Both the position numbers and the translations under genes were made by a program. A stretch of 64,000 nt of DNA, taken from contig CM052816.1 in NCBI GenBank assembly GCA_028534125.1, positions 9,984,001 to 10,048,000 on the forward strand, given 5' to 3'. This DNA comes from Lama glama (lineage: Eukaryota). Below, in pieces: positions 1 to 13,330 of this stretch. The notes under the pieces were generated by a model. The model had not been told where the DNA came from, made no database searches, and saw only the letters and a program-made list of their open reading frames with translations. Every line of letters starts with the position of its first letter. Position 1 is the first letter of the stretch.

Positions 1-1029
1 TCTGCCGAGAGATTCAAGTCAAGACCGAATCCCTTTAACGACCTTTGGACGCTACACTTGGTTTCTTTGGAGATGAATGCACAGAGAACTTCAGCCAGCT
101 AGAGTCCCCAGGTTTATTCTGGTTAGAGCAACATTTGTCACAGGTGTCCATATACGCAACTACCTTGCTGGGATGAGCAAGTCTTATCCCATTTGCTACT
201 CCCTTTTCCTCAAAAACCTGGTCATACACATCACTTTCAGAATACTGATAAACCAATATGAAGCAAATTATGCTCCCTTGCCATTTTTAAATACGTAGTA
301 CAAATACAAAGCCCTCACACACCTGCTGCTCTTTACAATTTTCAAACTTCTTTTTCATCTCATTTGAGCTTCAAAACCTTCCTAGAAAGCAGGCAAGGGT
401 CATTACCACTACTTTACAAGCTGAGGGAAAGGAGGTTCATAGATGGTGCATGGCTTTCACAAGTTCACGCAGTCTGTATGTGGCAGAATCGGATTTTAAC
501 TTTGATCTCTGACTGCAAGTCTACTGGGTTCCATGGGACTTGTCACCATGCTTCCCACTGTTCAAATGTGCTTCAAACCCCATGTCATGGAGACTGCTGA
601 GTACACAGAGGCAAAAACATTTGGCTTAGAGTTTGGAGAACTTGGATCCAGTCCCCACATTTCTATAACTTTGGATAAGTCATTTTTCCACTCTGGGTTT
701 ATGTTTATCGACTTCTTCATGTATTTGTAATTTAGAACTTCAACATTTTACATTAGCAATAATAATAGTTATTATTACTGAAGGCTTATATAAGGTGGAC
801 CCTAATAATAATGTAATTGCTCACATTGCTCACACTCTACAGCCACCTAATGCTAAACCATCCATTTAATCTTGATAAACTTGTAGGGTTTCAGAGATCT
901 TAAAATAACTTTCTCCAAAATGGCAATTAGCAGAATCAGGATTTGAACAGAGGTCAGATAGACTCTTTTTTTCATGGTACCATATAGCTTCAAAATCTCT
1001 TGCTGAATTATCAAAATATATGAGTGACT

Positions 1030-1310
1030 ATGAAAGAGGCAGACCACTCTAGATTGGTAGATGGCAGGCTCACTAAGCAAGGGAACTTACATTCAAGGCT
1101 TGTTTTGGGGGCCACAAAATGAGTAGATCTCTGCACCTGCCTACCAGAATCTTAAATTTTTATATAGAAGCCTTGAAGAAGGTTTAGTCATGGCATATCC
1201 AGTCCAGTTCTCAACCACACATGACTCTTTCAAGGCTGTGGCTTGAAAAATGGCTCCAGCAATGGGAGTGGGGTGGGGGTGGGGGGGTGGAACATACGTT
1301 CCAAGGACGG
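1030..1310. mobile_element. Probable old ERV/MaLR-type solo LTR fragment
   Basis: Sequence style resembles eutherian MER-type LTRs; family and boundaries not pinned down. Confidence 0.35.
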
Positions 1311-2744
1311 GTCCAGGTCAACTGGCAGTCATGTCCTCTCAATAACCTCCTCCCCCAGGTCTGGATCTGGGTTTGCCTTCCTCAGAATCCATGTTCCCGA
1401 GAACTGCATTGTACTGCCAGAGAAGCAGGACTTTGTGTGGTTCCTGTACCTGAGCCTCTGTCTCGAATCTAGGTGAGTAAAAGAACTTCTTAGAATGCGA
1501 CCAGTAGCCTCTCCTCCATTACCTCGGACCCCTTCCACCATGCCTACTGTCCTCGTCAGGGGAGTCCCCTGTGTGAAACTGTCGATGCATAGGTGGCTGC
1601 ACCCGCCTTCCTCTCCCACTGCACTAAACAAGGCTATGCTCACTCACACAGTCTCCATTTATCAGTATACAGGAAAGTAAACTTTAGAAACTAGAATGTG
1701 GTAAGAAATGCTCCTCTGGTTCGCACGAAAGGCTTGGGAACTCGAGAGAAGAGACAACCTCAAAATACCTGTTGAGACTAGCTTTGGGCTTTGTTCCAGA
1801 TTCTGGTCACATTTTTGAAACCCACACTCTAAGCAAGTGGGACAAGTTTGGGCACTTAATCTATGTCAGTAGGCCCTCTTCAAGCCAAATGTAGGACTTT
1901 CCAAATCCTTACACTGGGAGAGGAAGCCCAGCTTCCATGGGGGAAAGCACCGTCTCCCAGTCAAACAAGAAGAGCACTGGAGTTCGCCTCTGAACTTCAC
2001 GGGCACCAGCGCAGGGTCAGGCGTTTCTGACATTAGGTTCCTACACAGCTCAGACATAACCCAGCACTCCAGACAGAGTCACCAGGCTGACCCCATGCCC
2101 TCTGACAGACGCAGAAACTGAGGGCCAGGACTTGCTCAATGTCTGATGACTCCCACAGACTGCACCTGATCCCTTGCTCTTTTACTAAATCGTGCTGCCT
2201 CCTCTGGGGAAACCTGATGACCACTGGGAATTGTCCTGAACAGCAATATGGAGGACTACACTTGGCAAAATCCTCCTTCCTTCCTGACTTTTTAAGATAC
2301 ACACACAAACTTTAATATTCATAAATGGCCTTAGAGAGCCAGTCTAATAACTCCCCAAGTTATTGTGACAGAAACAGAGAAAGGAAGGAAAAAAAAAAAG
2401 GAGGGAAGAAGGAAGAAAGGAAAGAAATCTTTGTCAATAAGTACCAGAAATGCTGGATTATACTAAATTAAAGAGGTGTTTTACTTAGAACTTCTTAAAG
2501 CCTTTAATATGGTAAAAGTGTACTGCGATCTCCAGATAGAGAAGTAAGTTCCCCAACTTATTTGGCTACACATATCTTTTTTTATTTCCTCCAAGGGAAA
2601 GCATGTAAGATTGGTGTTCTGTGAAGCACACTTTGGGATATGCTAATGTAGTATATTCTTAAGATCCCATTTGCAATGTTCAAAAAGCTTGAAGAACTTA
2701 AGGCCTTGCAGTGTGCATGTTAAAGAAGGAGGCAAGACAATCCA

Positions 2745-3900
2745 TCAAATACTAAAAATTCAGAAAAGTCATGACTTCATCTATGAGATCATAATCCTAA
2801 AAGTTGAAAAAGTATTTTTTAAGTGCTGCAGCAAAACATACTTAGAGTGAGTTGGTAAGAAGGAGAATGAACATCAACTCTGAAGAAGAAGAGAATGAAG
2901 ATGAAAATAAAGATAATAAAGATAATGAAGATAATGTGGAAAATGGAGCTGCTCCACCCAAAGAATATAAGGAAAAGGAGGAGGAGGAAGTGAAAGAGGA
3001 GAATGAAGCCAAGATGAAGCAAGCTCAGAGTTGGGAAAGTGAAGGAGAGGAAACAGACTTCTCATATTCAAAGACAGAATAATTTCAGGATGCATTTTAT
3101 GATGACTATGTTGACAAAGGAGAGGATAAAAGACAAAGAAGATCTTCAAGGGAAAAAGAAAAAAAAACAAAATGCAAAAGACGAAAGAGAGAAAAAGATG
3201 ACTATATCATTCTAAAACCATACCCCCTAACGCACAAAGGTCGTTACAGTTATTTCTATAGAATGTAACATGTTACTTTTTATAGGAAGAAATGTGTTTT
3301 ACTATTTCCACATTGTCTTCATTCAAAATAAGCTCTATTAATGTCATTATATTATATGTGGAGAAAATTTTTCATTGATCTCACTGGCAAATTCCCTAGA
3401 AATTTATTCAGAATCTTAATTTTTCTAATAACCCTATTCTTGCTAGTCATTATTAGCCTTCAATTAAACCATGACTTATTCTACAGCTTTACTCTGGTGT
3501 ACACTTTAAACATTTTCATATTGTTTTCAACTTACTTTTAAATGACGAATAAAAGTTGCTACAATATGAAAAGGCAACAGATTTTCCTTTTGAATGGAAA
3601 GTTGATTACTTTCAAAACTGACCCAGAGATCTCTAGTTTGAAAACTCTCAGTTTTATGTTTGCTTTTTTTGGTAAGAGTTTTTAATTTTTTAAATTTGTT
3701 TATGGGTTTGTTTTGTCACATGAATAAATTTCAAGAATAGGAAATAAAGATTCTATTCAGCCACATGGTTCATGGATTTTCACACCTTGTATGACTATAT
3801 ACATACATATACTGTGTATATATATATATATATATACTGCATATGTGTTAATGAATCTTATTATGATTCCTCATGAATCTCTTCTTAAAACTTTGAAGTT
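2745..3900 (+). pseudogene. ANP32E: Processed pseudogene of ANP32E (5'-truncated: LRR-cap region, acidic tail and 3'UTR)
   Basis: Intronless degraded match to recalled ANP32E: 'aaaagtattttttaagtgctgcagcaaaacatacttaga' ~ ESIFELLQQITYLD; NGAAPPKEYKEKEEEE ~ NEAGPPEGYEEEEEEE; 'tcagagttggga...ctcatattca...tttcaggatg...gatgactatgttga' ~ SELGEG..LSYL..IQDE..DDYVE. Stops and frameshifts present, followed by AT-rich UTR-like sequence; 3' boundary approximate. Confidence 0.85.
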
Positions 3901-3919
3901 TTTATTTTTTGTGCAACCA

Positions 3920-4970
3920 TGGTCTTTTCAGTTTCATTGAGGTACAATTGACAATCCAAGATCATGTATATGTAAGGCACACAACTTAATGATTTTAATA
4001 TACAGACACACTGTGAAATAATCACCACAATCAGGCTAATAACATAGCTGTCTTCTCATTTAATTACCATCATTTCTGTGTGGGGGGAGAACACATGATA
4101 CCTACCCTCTCAGCAAATTTCAACTCTCCAAAACAGTATTGTTAACTATCAGCACAATGTTGCACACTAGCTCTCCATAACTTCTTCACCTTGCATAGCT
4201 GAAACTTTGTATGTCTCGACTAGCATCTCCCCATCTCCCCTTACCAACAGCCCTTGGCAACCACCATTTTATTCCCTGTAATGTTCATTAGGGATATTAG
4301 CCCGTAGTTTTGTTTTCTTTTAGTATCTTTGGCTGGCGGTGGTATAAGGGTGATAATGGTCTCATAAAATTAGTTTGGAAGTGTTCCCTCTTTTTCAATT
4401 TCTTGGAAGAATTTAAGAAGGATTGGTATTAATGAGCTTTGGATGTTTGGTAGAATTCACCCATGAAGCCATTTGGTCCTGGGTTTTTTATTGCTGGAAG
4501 GTTTTTGATTACTGATCCAATCCCTTTATTTGTTATTGGTCTGTTCAGGCTTTCTATTCCTTCTGGATTGAGTTTTGATATATTGTATGTTTCTAGGAAT
4601 TTATCCATTTCTTCTAGGTTATCCAGTTTGTTGGCTTATGTTTGTTCTTAATAATCTCTTATGATCCTTTCTATTTCTGAGGTATCTATTAAAATGTTCT
4701 TCTTTCATTCTTGACTTATTTGAGACTTCTCTTTTTTTCTTACTCTACCTAAGGATTTGTCCATTTTGTTTCTTTAAAAAAAAAGAACTCTCAGTTTTGT
4801 TGAATTATTTTTCTATTTTTTTATTCTACATTTAATTTATTTCTGCTCTATTTTTTCCTTTTGCTAACTTTGGTCTTAGTGTGTTCTTTTTCCCTTGAAG
4901 TTAAATTTAGGTTGTTTATTTGAGATCTTTCTCTTCTTGTAATATATAAGCTTCCCTTTCAGTACTACCT
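3920..4970 (-). mobile_element. L1 fragment (3' end joined to internal ORF2 segment)
   Basis: Antisense L1 3'UTR motifs (3920-4280), then antisense ORF2 ('ggtagaattcacccatgaagccatttggtcctggg', 'aggaatttatccatttcttctagg'). Confidence 0.85.
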
Positions 4971-5399
4971 GTGATTCATCTCATACCACTTCCAGAATAA
5001 TAGGCCAAAATGACTATCTGACCATGGCTTACACGCAGTCCAGAAACACTGAGGGATCTCTGTTGTCAAATGAATAGAATTAATTCCTCAGAAAGGCATT
5101 TAAGCCTCTCCTTGACCTGACCCCCAACCTATATTCTCAAGCTTAATTTCAAGTACTTCCCATCCCACAGCCTCACTGCAACTTAAGTCTTCACAATCTC
5201 TGAATGTATCCCATAAAGTTCCACCTCATACCTTTGCTTGCTGTTTCCTCAGCCAGCAACACACCTTCCCTGCCTACTCCCCCACTTCCAAGCCCACATC
5301 TAAATTATGCCTTTTGAAATGAAAAATCCATCAACTATCAGATCAAACGCCACCATCTTCACTATGAAGGAAGAGGGACACCTTGGAGTGAATTCAAAA

Positions 5400-5860
5400 A
5401 AAATGGCAACAATGACGGCGAAGGGATTTAAAAACATGACCTTTGAGGAAAGTGTGAAAAAACTGGAATGTTTACCACAGAAGAGACAATATCTAATGAC
5501 AGAAGGGCTGCTACGGGAAAGCAGACTTGCTGCTCTGGCCCAAGAGTAAAATCTAGGGCCAAGGTTTGGAGAGTAGAGGGAAACATTTTAAACCAAAACA
5601 ATTAAGAAGTATTCCACCTGTCAAAGTTGTCAATAAAAACCGACAAAAAAAAATCAACCACTTTTTAACATATCCTCTGTGCCATAGGCTGTACTGTTTG
5701 CATCTCATGTCTCATCACACTTGAGTCTCTTGACAAGTCTAAGAGTTAGGTATTATCGTCTCCATTTTGCAGGTAAGAAAACTGAGGCTTAGAGAGCTTA
5801 CATAACTCGCCCAAGGTTTCGTTAGTAGAGCAGCAACCAAACCTAACTGTCTGACTTCAG
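5400..5860. mobile_element. CR1/L3-like fragment followed by MIR
   Basis: 'aaaaacatgacctttgaggaaag' is CR1-like; MIR core 'tccattttgcaggtaagaaaactgaggcttagagag'. Confidence 0.6.
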
Positions 5861-5864
5861 AGAC

Positions 5865-7027
5865 TGGAAACAAGCAGAACCCTGCGGGCTCCCCTCACCC
5901 CAAGTAAAAAGGCCCCACCGTGTCCTGACTCTTATTTGTAGAAAAGCTGAAATCTCCCAGGCCTCCCTGAGTCACAAAAGAGCAGGCTCAAGCAGTTAAT
6001 AATTAAGACAATAGAGTCACAGATTCAATATCTGATGCATATTGCTGAGTCATTTTACAGATACCATAGCTGCCACCAGAGGGAAAAAGCTAACTGCAGG
6101 GGGACCAGACTGCAACCATGACATATGCTGCTAGACCTTAAACAATATGTTTATGGCTGGCACAGTTCCAAAGACTGGCCTACAGAGAAAGGGATTAACA
6201 CTATTGCTCATAATAATCTATATACTTGTGACATCAAAATAATTGCAGCTTGTTCTGCCCATATATGTAAACAGGCAACTAAAACTGTCAGCAAAGAGAT
6301 GCTACAGACCCACGTCGACATCTTCTACTCTAAGAATATAGCACCCTATGTCAGCATTAAGTTATAGAAGTTATAGATAGACCTTCCCCCCTAATTCCAT
6401 AGAAATGCAATGATGTTCTGACAAGTGGGGATTTGTAAGCAGCTTTTGGCAGGGAAGAGCTCTTTGCAGGGAAGAGCTCTCTGCAGGAGATCCCTTTTCT
6501 CTTGTCACTTAAGGAGAACTATAATGCAACTAACCTTAAACCAGGAGCCCTCAGGCTCTACTTATCTCTGGCCAAGCCCACCTTCCAAATCTTTTGATCA
6601 CACAATACCTTGCCTAACCTGATGGTTCTTTCTGTAGATCAAACAAGTAGAAGTGAAGAGTAAGTAACAAACAGATGACCAGACCTCTGCCTTAGCTTCG
6701 CCTTCAGTAATCTCACAAACAAACGCTGTGAACAAACTGTGTGAACAAGATAGCATCTCAAGGAAGATCACAAGACACCAACAAGCCTGCAGGCGTTGGG
6801 GATGGCTGTGTCTCTGACCCTCTATCTCAATGATTAGCTGAAGTTACCTCCCTTTTTCTCTTTAAAAACTTTCATGGCTGACCAGAATTTTGCCAGTTGG
6901 TTTGGGGGACAATGAGTCCACCTTCTCCCCAGACTGCCAACTTTCTGATTACAAACAGCGCTTTCCATTTCTGCCTCTCAGGTATTAATTTTTGAGCGGT
7001 GAGCTGACGCACCTGAGTTCAGTAACA
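5865..7027 (+). mobile_element. ERV solo LTR (~1.16 kb, possibly with a nested piece)
   Basis: TG...CA termini (tggaaacaagcagaaccc ... gagttcagtaaca); flanks agac/agtc are consistent with a 4-bp TSD carrying one mismatch. Confidence 0.65.
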
Positions 7028-8819
7028 AGTCTATGCCATGGAGCAACCACTACGTTGTCTGAAAAGGCGGTGAAATGCCCATCTTTAGAAGTGTAAGAGC
7101 AGAGTCTGGATGTACCCTTGGGGGAAACAAAAGGATGAGGCTCCAAGCAGCTGATGAGCTGAATGTGACCTCTGAGAACAACCACAACCCAGATTTTAGC
7201 CTTCCCAAACACACAAAACTTTAAATTTCAAATAGTTTTATAACACGCAGTGATGAATTCAACAGGGCATTTAAGATGGAAGCAGCAGAATTAGCAAGAG
7301 CAGAACAAGATTTCTCTCTGTCTCCTCTCTATGCCAAGATTATAGCTTCATTATACTCTGCTTTATATTAAAGCCCTCTACATTTCATGTCCTTCTGAAA
7401 TGGAGTGAGGCTGTCAACACCTATGTTTCACAGATAAGGAAACCGGCTCTGAGAGATGCTTGTCTTCATGAATCTACTTCCTTGGTTCTTTCACATCACA
7501 TAATTGACTTACCACCACCACTCCACTGGAACTCCACCTACAAGTAACCAAAGACCTCCTTGCTGCTAGATTTACAAAATATCACAATCCCTATCTTCCT
7601 TGATCTCTGAGCAGCATCCAACACAGCAGAACAGTTCCTTTTTCCATTAAACCTCTCTCCCCTTGGTTTCTGTTGCATCTAAATATCCACTTTTTTGATT
7701 CTTTCTTTCTGATAGCTTTTTCTAAACTTTTCCTCCACAGACTTCTTGCTTTGTGCAGTCCTTACATGTTTATATTTCTCAAGTTTCTGTGTAAATGCTC
7801 TTCTAATTCTATCCACTATCCTTGAAGACTCATCTATCCCCACGGCTTTATTTTTCAATGATGACTCCCAAATCTGTATCTTAAGTGAAATCTTCTCTTC
7901 TGAGTATAGATCAGAAAGTATTTGTTGATAAATGAGTAAATGCAGGAATGAATAAATAAGTTTATAAGAAGAAATCCAGGTTCCCATATTTCAGACTAGA
8001 AACAAATAAAATGCATTTTTATCACTGGTTTTGCATCAGATAGAACTGAGTTCCAAGCTCACCCTTACTAGTAGCATGGCACTAGATTAGTAATTTAAAA
8101 TACCTACATCTTTGTTTTACTTTGTCATTGTTGCGTTTAGTTTGTTTCTGTTTTTTTTTTCTTGTTAATAATTTACAAGGATTATTACAAATGAGGATAA
8201 TTATACCCAACCTGACCTACATTTCAGGTAGGGTAATTGTAAGGAATGCATGACTTTTCACATGGGAGAGGGCCTTAAAAATAGGAATTGGTCTTACTGA
8301 ACTGTGTTGAATGATTCTATCAATAGAGGAGAACAGGATGCCTACCAGGATACAATATAGATATTCTGCTTTGTTTTGTTCATCCCAAGGCTCTGCATAA
8401 CTACTGATGTTAGCTGTTCACAGCCCAGCCATAGACAGCTTGGTAAAGGAAGCATATTAAGGATAAAGGGTGGTGGCCAGATTTACTTCAGCCCTGGTCA
8501 TCCACAACACACACCTACCTGCAACGTATGGTAATCCTCAGAACATGGGTCCAGCCCAGAGCTCAACCAAAGTGCTTGGTCTCAAAGACAGGGAATATAA
8601 AAGCAATCAGGGAAATCGCCTCCCCAGTCATCATAGAATGCCAAGGCTAGAAGGCATTTTATCCTAGTCATTATCCAATTCTACATTCTCATTAGAAAAA
8701 TGGAGAAATTTGGGCCCAGAAAGAGGAAAAACAAGTTAGCTGCATAGCTGGAATACAAATAGAAGTCACCACTCCACCATACATCCTAACCACTCTGACA
8801 ACAAGGCTATTACAATAAT

Positions 8820-11800
8820 TTTTTCTTTTCCTTTACTTGGATAAAATTCACCTTTTAAACTTAAATTTACCCTTTTTTTAAAAAAAAAACAAAGTTCTCT
8901 GAGTTGTACCAAACAAAAAAATTTGTGACTACAACCATACTTATAAAATATCCATCACCCTGAAAATTCCCTCATGCCCATTTAAAGTAAGCCCTTCCCT
9001 CCCAGATCACTTCTTGGCAACCAGAGATCTGTTTGCTGTCACTAGAGTTTTGCCATTTTCAGAAGGTCATATAAGTGAAATCAGAATTGTACAGTATACT
9101 GTGTCATGTATCAGCAGGTCATTCCTGTTACTGCTGTGTAGTCTTCCTTTCTGTGGATGCACTACAGTTGGTTTATCCATTCACCAGCTGAGGGACACTG
9201 GATTCCTTCCAGCTTGGGGCTATTACCAATAAAAGCACAATAAACACTCATATATGTTTTTTGTGTGAACATAAGTATTTATTTCACTTGAGTAGACCTA
9301 AGAGTGGTATTGCTGGGTCATATGATTATGTATGTATGTTACTTTATAAGAAACCCTGAAACGGTTTTCCCATTCTGCATTCCTACCAGCAAGCTTGGTT
9401 TGGTTTTTTCTTAATAGTGTCTTTTTGTGTCAGTGGATTAGGTTTCAGGTATTTTATCTCAGGAATCTGCCTAATACAAGGACAAAAAGACTTTCCTCTA
9501 TTTTTTTCCTAGAAATTTTAGAGTTTAAGTTTTTACATGTATGTCTGTGGCACATTTTGAATTAATTTTTATATATTGTTCTTGCTTTTTTCTTTCTTCT
9601 TCCTTTTTTTTTTTTTTTTTGCATATGGATGTTCAATTGTTTCAGCATCAAACACTGAAATGGCTGTTGTTTCTCCACTGGATGACCTTTGCATCTTTGT
9701 TAAAAATCAGTAGACCATATAAATATGAGTATATTTCTCAACTCTATTCTGTTCCACTGACATGCCCACCCTCTCTCCAATAAAATGCTATCTTAATTAC
9801 CGAGCTTTATAGAAGTCTTAAAATCAGCTAGAGTGACTGCTCAAATTTTGTTCTTTTTTCCCAAAATTGTTTTGGTTATTTTAGTTCTTTGCCTTTCCAT
9901 ATAAATTTTAAAATCACTTTGTCAGTTTCCAAACCAAATCACTTTGGGAAGAACTGACATCTTAGCAATATTCAGTATTCTGATACAAGAACATAGTAAG
10001 TCTCTTAATTTATTCTGATCATTTTTTAAAATTTGAAGTATAGTTGATTTACAATATTTTAGTTTCTGGTGTTTAGCACAGGGATTCAGTTATATGTATA
10101 TATATTCCTTTTTCATATTATTTTTCATTATAGATTATTACAAGCTATTAAATATAGTTCCCTGTGCTATACAGTAGGACCTTGTTGTTTCTCTTGGTCA
10201 TTTTTTTATTTCTTGCAACAAAAGTGTATAGTTATCAGCATGTAAAATATGCACATATTTTGTTAGATTTATACCTTAAGTATTTTATGGTTTTTGGAAC
10301 TACTGGAAATGATCTATTTTAATTTCAATTTCTATTTGTTTTTTGCAAGCACAAAAACATGCAATTGATTTTTGTATCTTAGTCTTGTGTCCAGTAACTT
10401 TGTCAATTCTCGTAGCATTTTTGTAGATTATTTAGGATTTCCTACATAGACAGTCATGTATTCTATAAATAGAAACTATTTGCTTTCTTCCTTTCCCATC
10501 AGTATGCCTTTTAACTTTCTTTCTGTACTGCAATGGTAAGTACCTCCAGTGCAATATCAACAAGTAATGGCAGAGGATATCTGTGTTTTGCTCCTGATCT
10601 TGGGGGAAATTATTCATCTTTCAACATTACACATGAAGTTAGCTGTGGATGTTTCATAGACATTCTTTATCGAGCTGAGGAATTTCCTTTTCATTCCTGG
10701 TTTGTTGAGAGGTATACGTATATAATGAATATGAAATTCTGTTAAATTATTTTTGTATCTATTGAGATGATTGTATGGTTTCTTTTTTTAATCTAGCCAT
10801 ATGATAAATTGCATTTATTGATTTTCAAAGTGCACTCGAGTTACAAGCCTCACTTACTTGATTTGCTAGGACTTTCCTTGGGGTTTTTATGTTTATGTTT
10901 CTGAGGGATATTGATCTGCAATTTTCTTGCCCTGTAGTTTCTTTTTCTGAGTTTGGTAGCAGGGCAACGTAGATCCTATATAATGGGAGGGTCAATAAGC
11001 AGTGAAAGATGCTCAGTAGCATGAGCTATTAAGGAAATACAAATCAAAACCAAAATTAGATACTCCTTCACACCTACAAGAATAGCTAGAATCAAAAAGA
11101 CATAATGACAAGGGTTGGTTATGATATGGAGAAACTGGAACCCTCATACAGTGCTAGTGAGAATGTAAAATAGTGTAGCTGTTTTGGAAGAGTCTGGCAG
11201 TTCTTCAAAAGATTAAACATAGAGTTATCATATGACCCAGAAATTCTACTACTACCTATATATCTACAAATGAGAAATAAAAACATACATCCATTTAAGC
11301 ACTTGTACAAGAATATTCATAGCAGCATTATCCATCGTAGCCAAACAGTGGGTACAACCCATATTTCCATCAACTAATGAATGGATAAATAAAACTCAGT
11401 ATATCCATACATTAGAATATGATTTGGTAGTAAAAATGAATGAAGTGTGATACATGCTATAACACGAATGAACCTTGAAAACATTATGCTAAGTGAAAGA
11501 AGGTGGGGACCAAAGGCCACATCTTGTATGATTATATTTAGATGACATGTCCATTACAGGCAAATCTATGGAGATCAAAAGCAGATTAGTGACTGTCTAG
11601 GGCTAGAGAGGGAAGGATTGGCTACTAATAGGTGTAGTTTTACCTGTGGGGCAATGAAAAAGCTATAAAACTGATTATGACAACTCCATGAATACACTAT
11701 AAAAGACTGAACTGTGCACCTCAAATGGTTGAATTGGATGGTATATGAATTACACCTCAACAAAGCTCTTAAAACAATTATTTGGGAACTGTACTCTCCT

Positions 11801-13330
11801 CTTCTACATTCTGAATAAGTCTTCTGGAGATCCATGATTATTTGTTCCCTGAATGTTTGATAGAATTTACTAGTGAAATGATCTCATCCTGGAGTTTCTG
11901 CTATTGAAAAGTTTTAAACTATGAATTTCATTCTTTAATAGATATGGAACTACTCAAATTGGCTATTTCTTCTTGAATGACCTTCTGCAGTTTGTGTCCA
12001 GGAATGTGTCCATCTCATCTATGTTATCATACCTATGGGCATAGAGTTATTCATGTTATTTCTTACTATTTTTTAATAACTGTAGGGTCTATAATGATAC
12101 CCCTCTCCAATCCTGATATTGATAATTGTGTCTAATTTCTCTCCCTCTCTGATTGGCAAATGTGTCTAGATGCTCATCAATTTTATTTTTCAAAGGGCTA
12201 GGTTTTGTTTTTATTGATTTTTCTCTGTTCTCAACTTAATTGATTCATGTTCTTGTTATTATTGTTATTCCTTCTGATTGATTTCGACTTGCTCTTTTTC
12301 TAGTTTAAGAAGCTGAAGTCATTTGATTTTCTTCTCTTTTAATACAAGTATTTAATGCTGTAAGTTCACTGCTAAGCACTGCTTTAGCTGCTCCCACAAA
12401 TTTTCATATATTTATTTCTATACAATTCAAAATGTTTTAGTATCTCCTGGGACACCCTCTTTGACCCACAGATTACTTAAAACTTTTAAAATTTAATTTC
12501 TAAATATTTAGGGACTTTTGCCATATGTGATTATTTGATTTCTAGTTTGATTCCACTACAGTAAAAATATGTACTTTATTTTAATTCTTTTAAATGTGTT
12601 AAGGCTTATTTAATGACCCAGTAAAGTCTATCTTGAATAATGTTTCCCTTGCAAACAAAAAAAATGTGTATTCCACTGTCTGGGGTGGCATATTTTATAA
12701 TGTAATTTAGTTCAATTTGATTATAGTGGTATTCAAGTTTTCTGCATCCTTCTTGTTTCTATCTCCTTGTTCTATTCACCACTGAAAGACTAGTTTTGAA
12801 GCCTTCATCTATAGTTGTGTATTTCTTTTTTTTTCTGTTAGTTTTTGCTATATAGATTTTGAGGCTTAATTGTTAGTTGCTTACACATCCAGGATTGTTG
12901 TATCTTCTTAATGAATTGATTCCTTTATGATTATGCAATGACTGTTTCTGGTAATATTCCTTGTTGTGAATACATTTTCTGATATAACATAACCATTCCA
13001 GGTTTCTTTTGATTAGTGTTTGATGATATATATTTTTACATTCACTTATTCTCATCGGTCTTTACATTTAAAGTAAGTTTCTATATATACTATAGTCTGA
13101 CAGTCTCTCTATTATTTTTGATGGGTTTATATTGTTTACATTTAATATAGTTATTAATAGGGTTGTGTTAAAATCTACAGTATTGTTAGATGTTTTCTTT
13201 TTATTTGTTATTCTTTTTTTCCCCTTCCTTTTTGCCTGCTTTTGGATTAAATTAGTATTTTTTACGGATCTATTTTATCTTCATTGTTGACACAATAGAT
13301 GAACCTCCTTTAATTACAGTTTTTCTTCAA
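8820..13330 (-). mobile_element. Old L1M element with nested L1 3' fragments (~10020-10190 minus; ~10990-11780 plus)
   Basis: Continuous antisense L1 3'UTR/ORF2 motifs; the nested plus-strand piece has 'aaacattatgctaagtgaaagaag' and ends 'cacctcaacaaagct'. Confidence 0.85.

Noticed and set aside
1330..1478. Possible exon ending at donor GTGAGT (1473)
   Set aside because: No recognisable product, clear acceptor or partner exons
2852..3082. Acidic 76-aa ORF as a novel gene
   Set aside because: Decayed ANP32E retrocopy with stops and frameshifts
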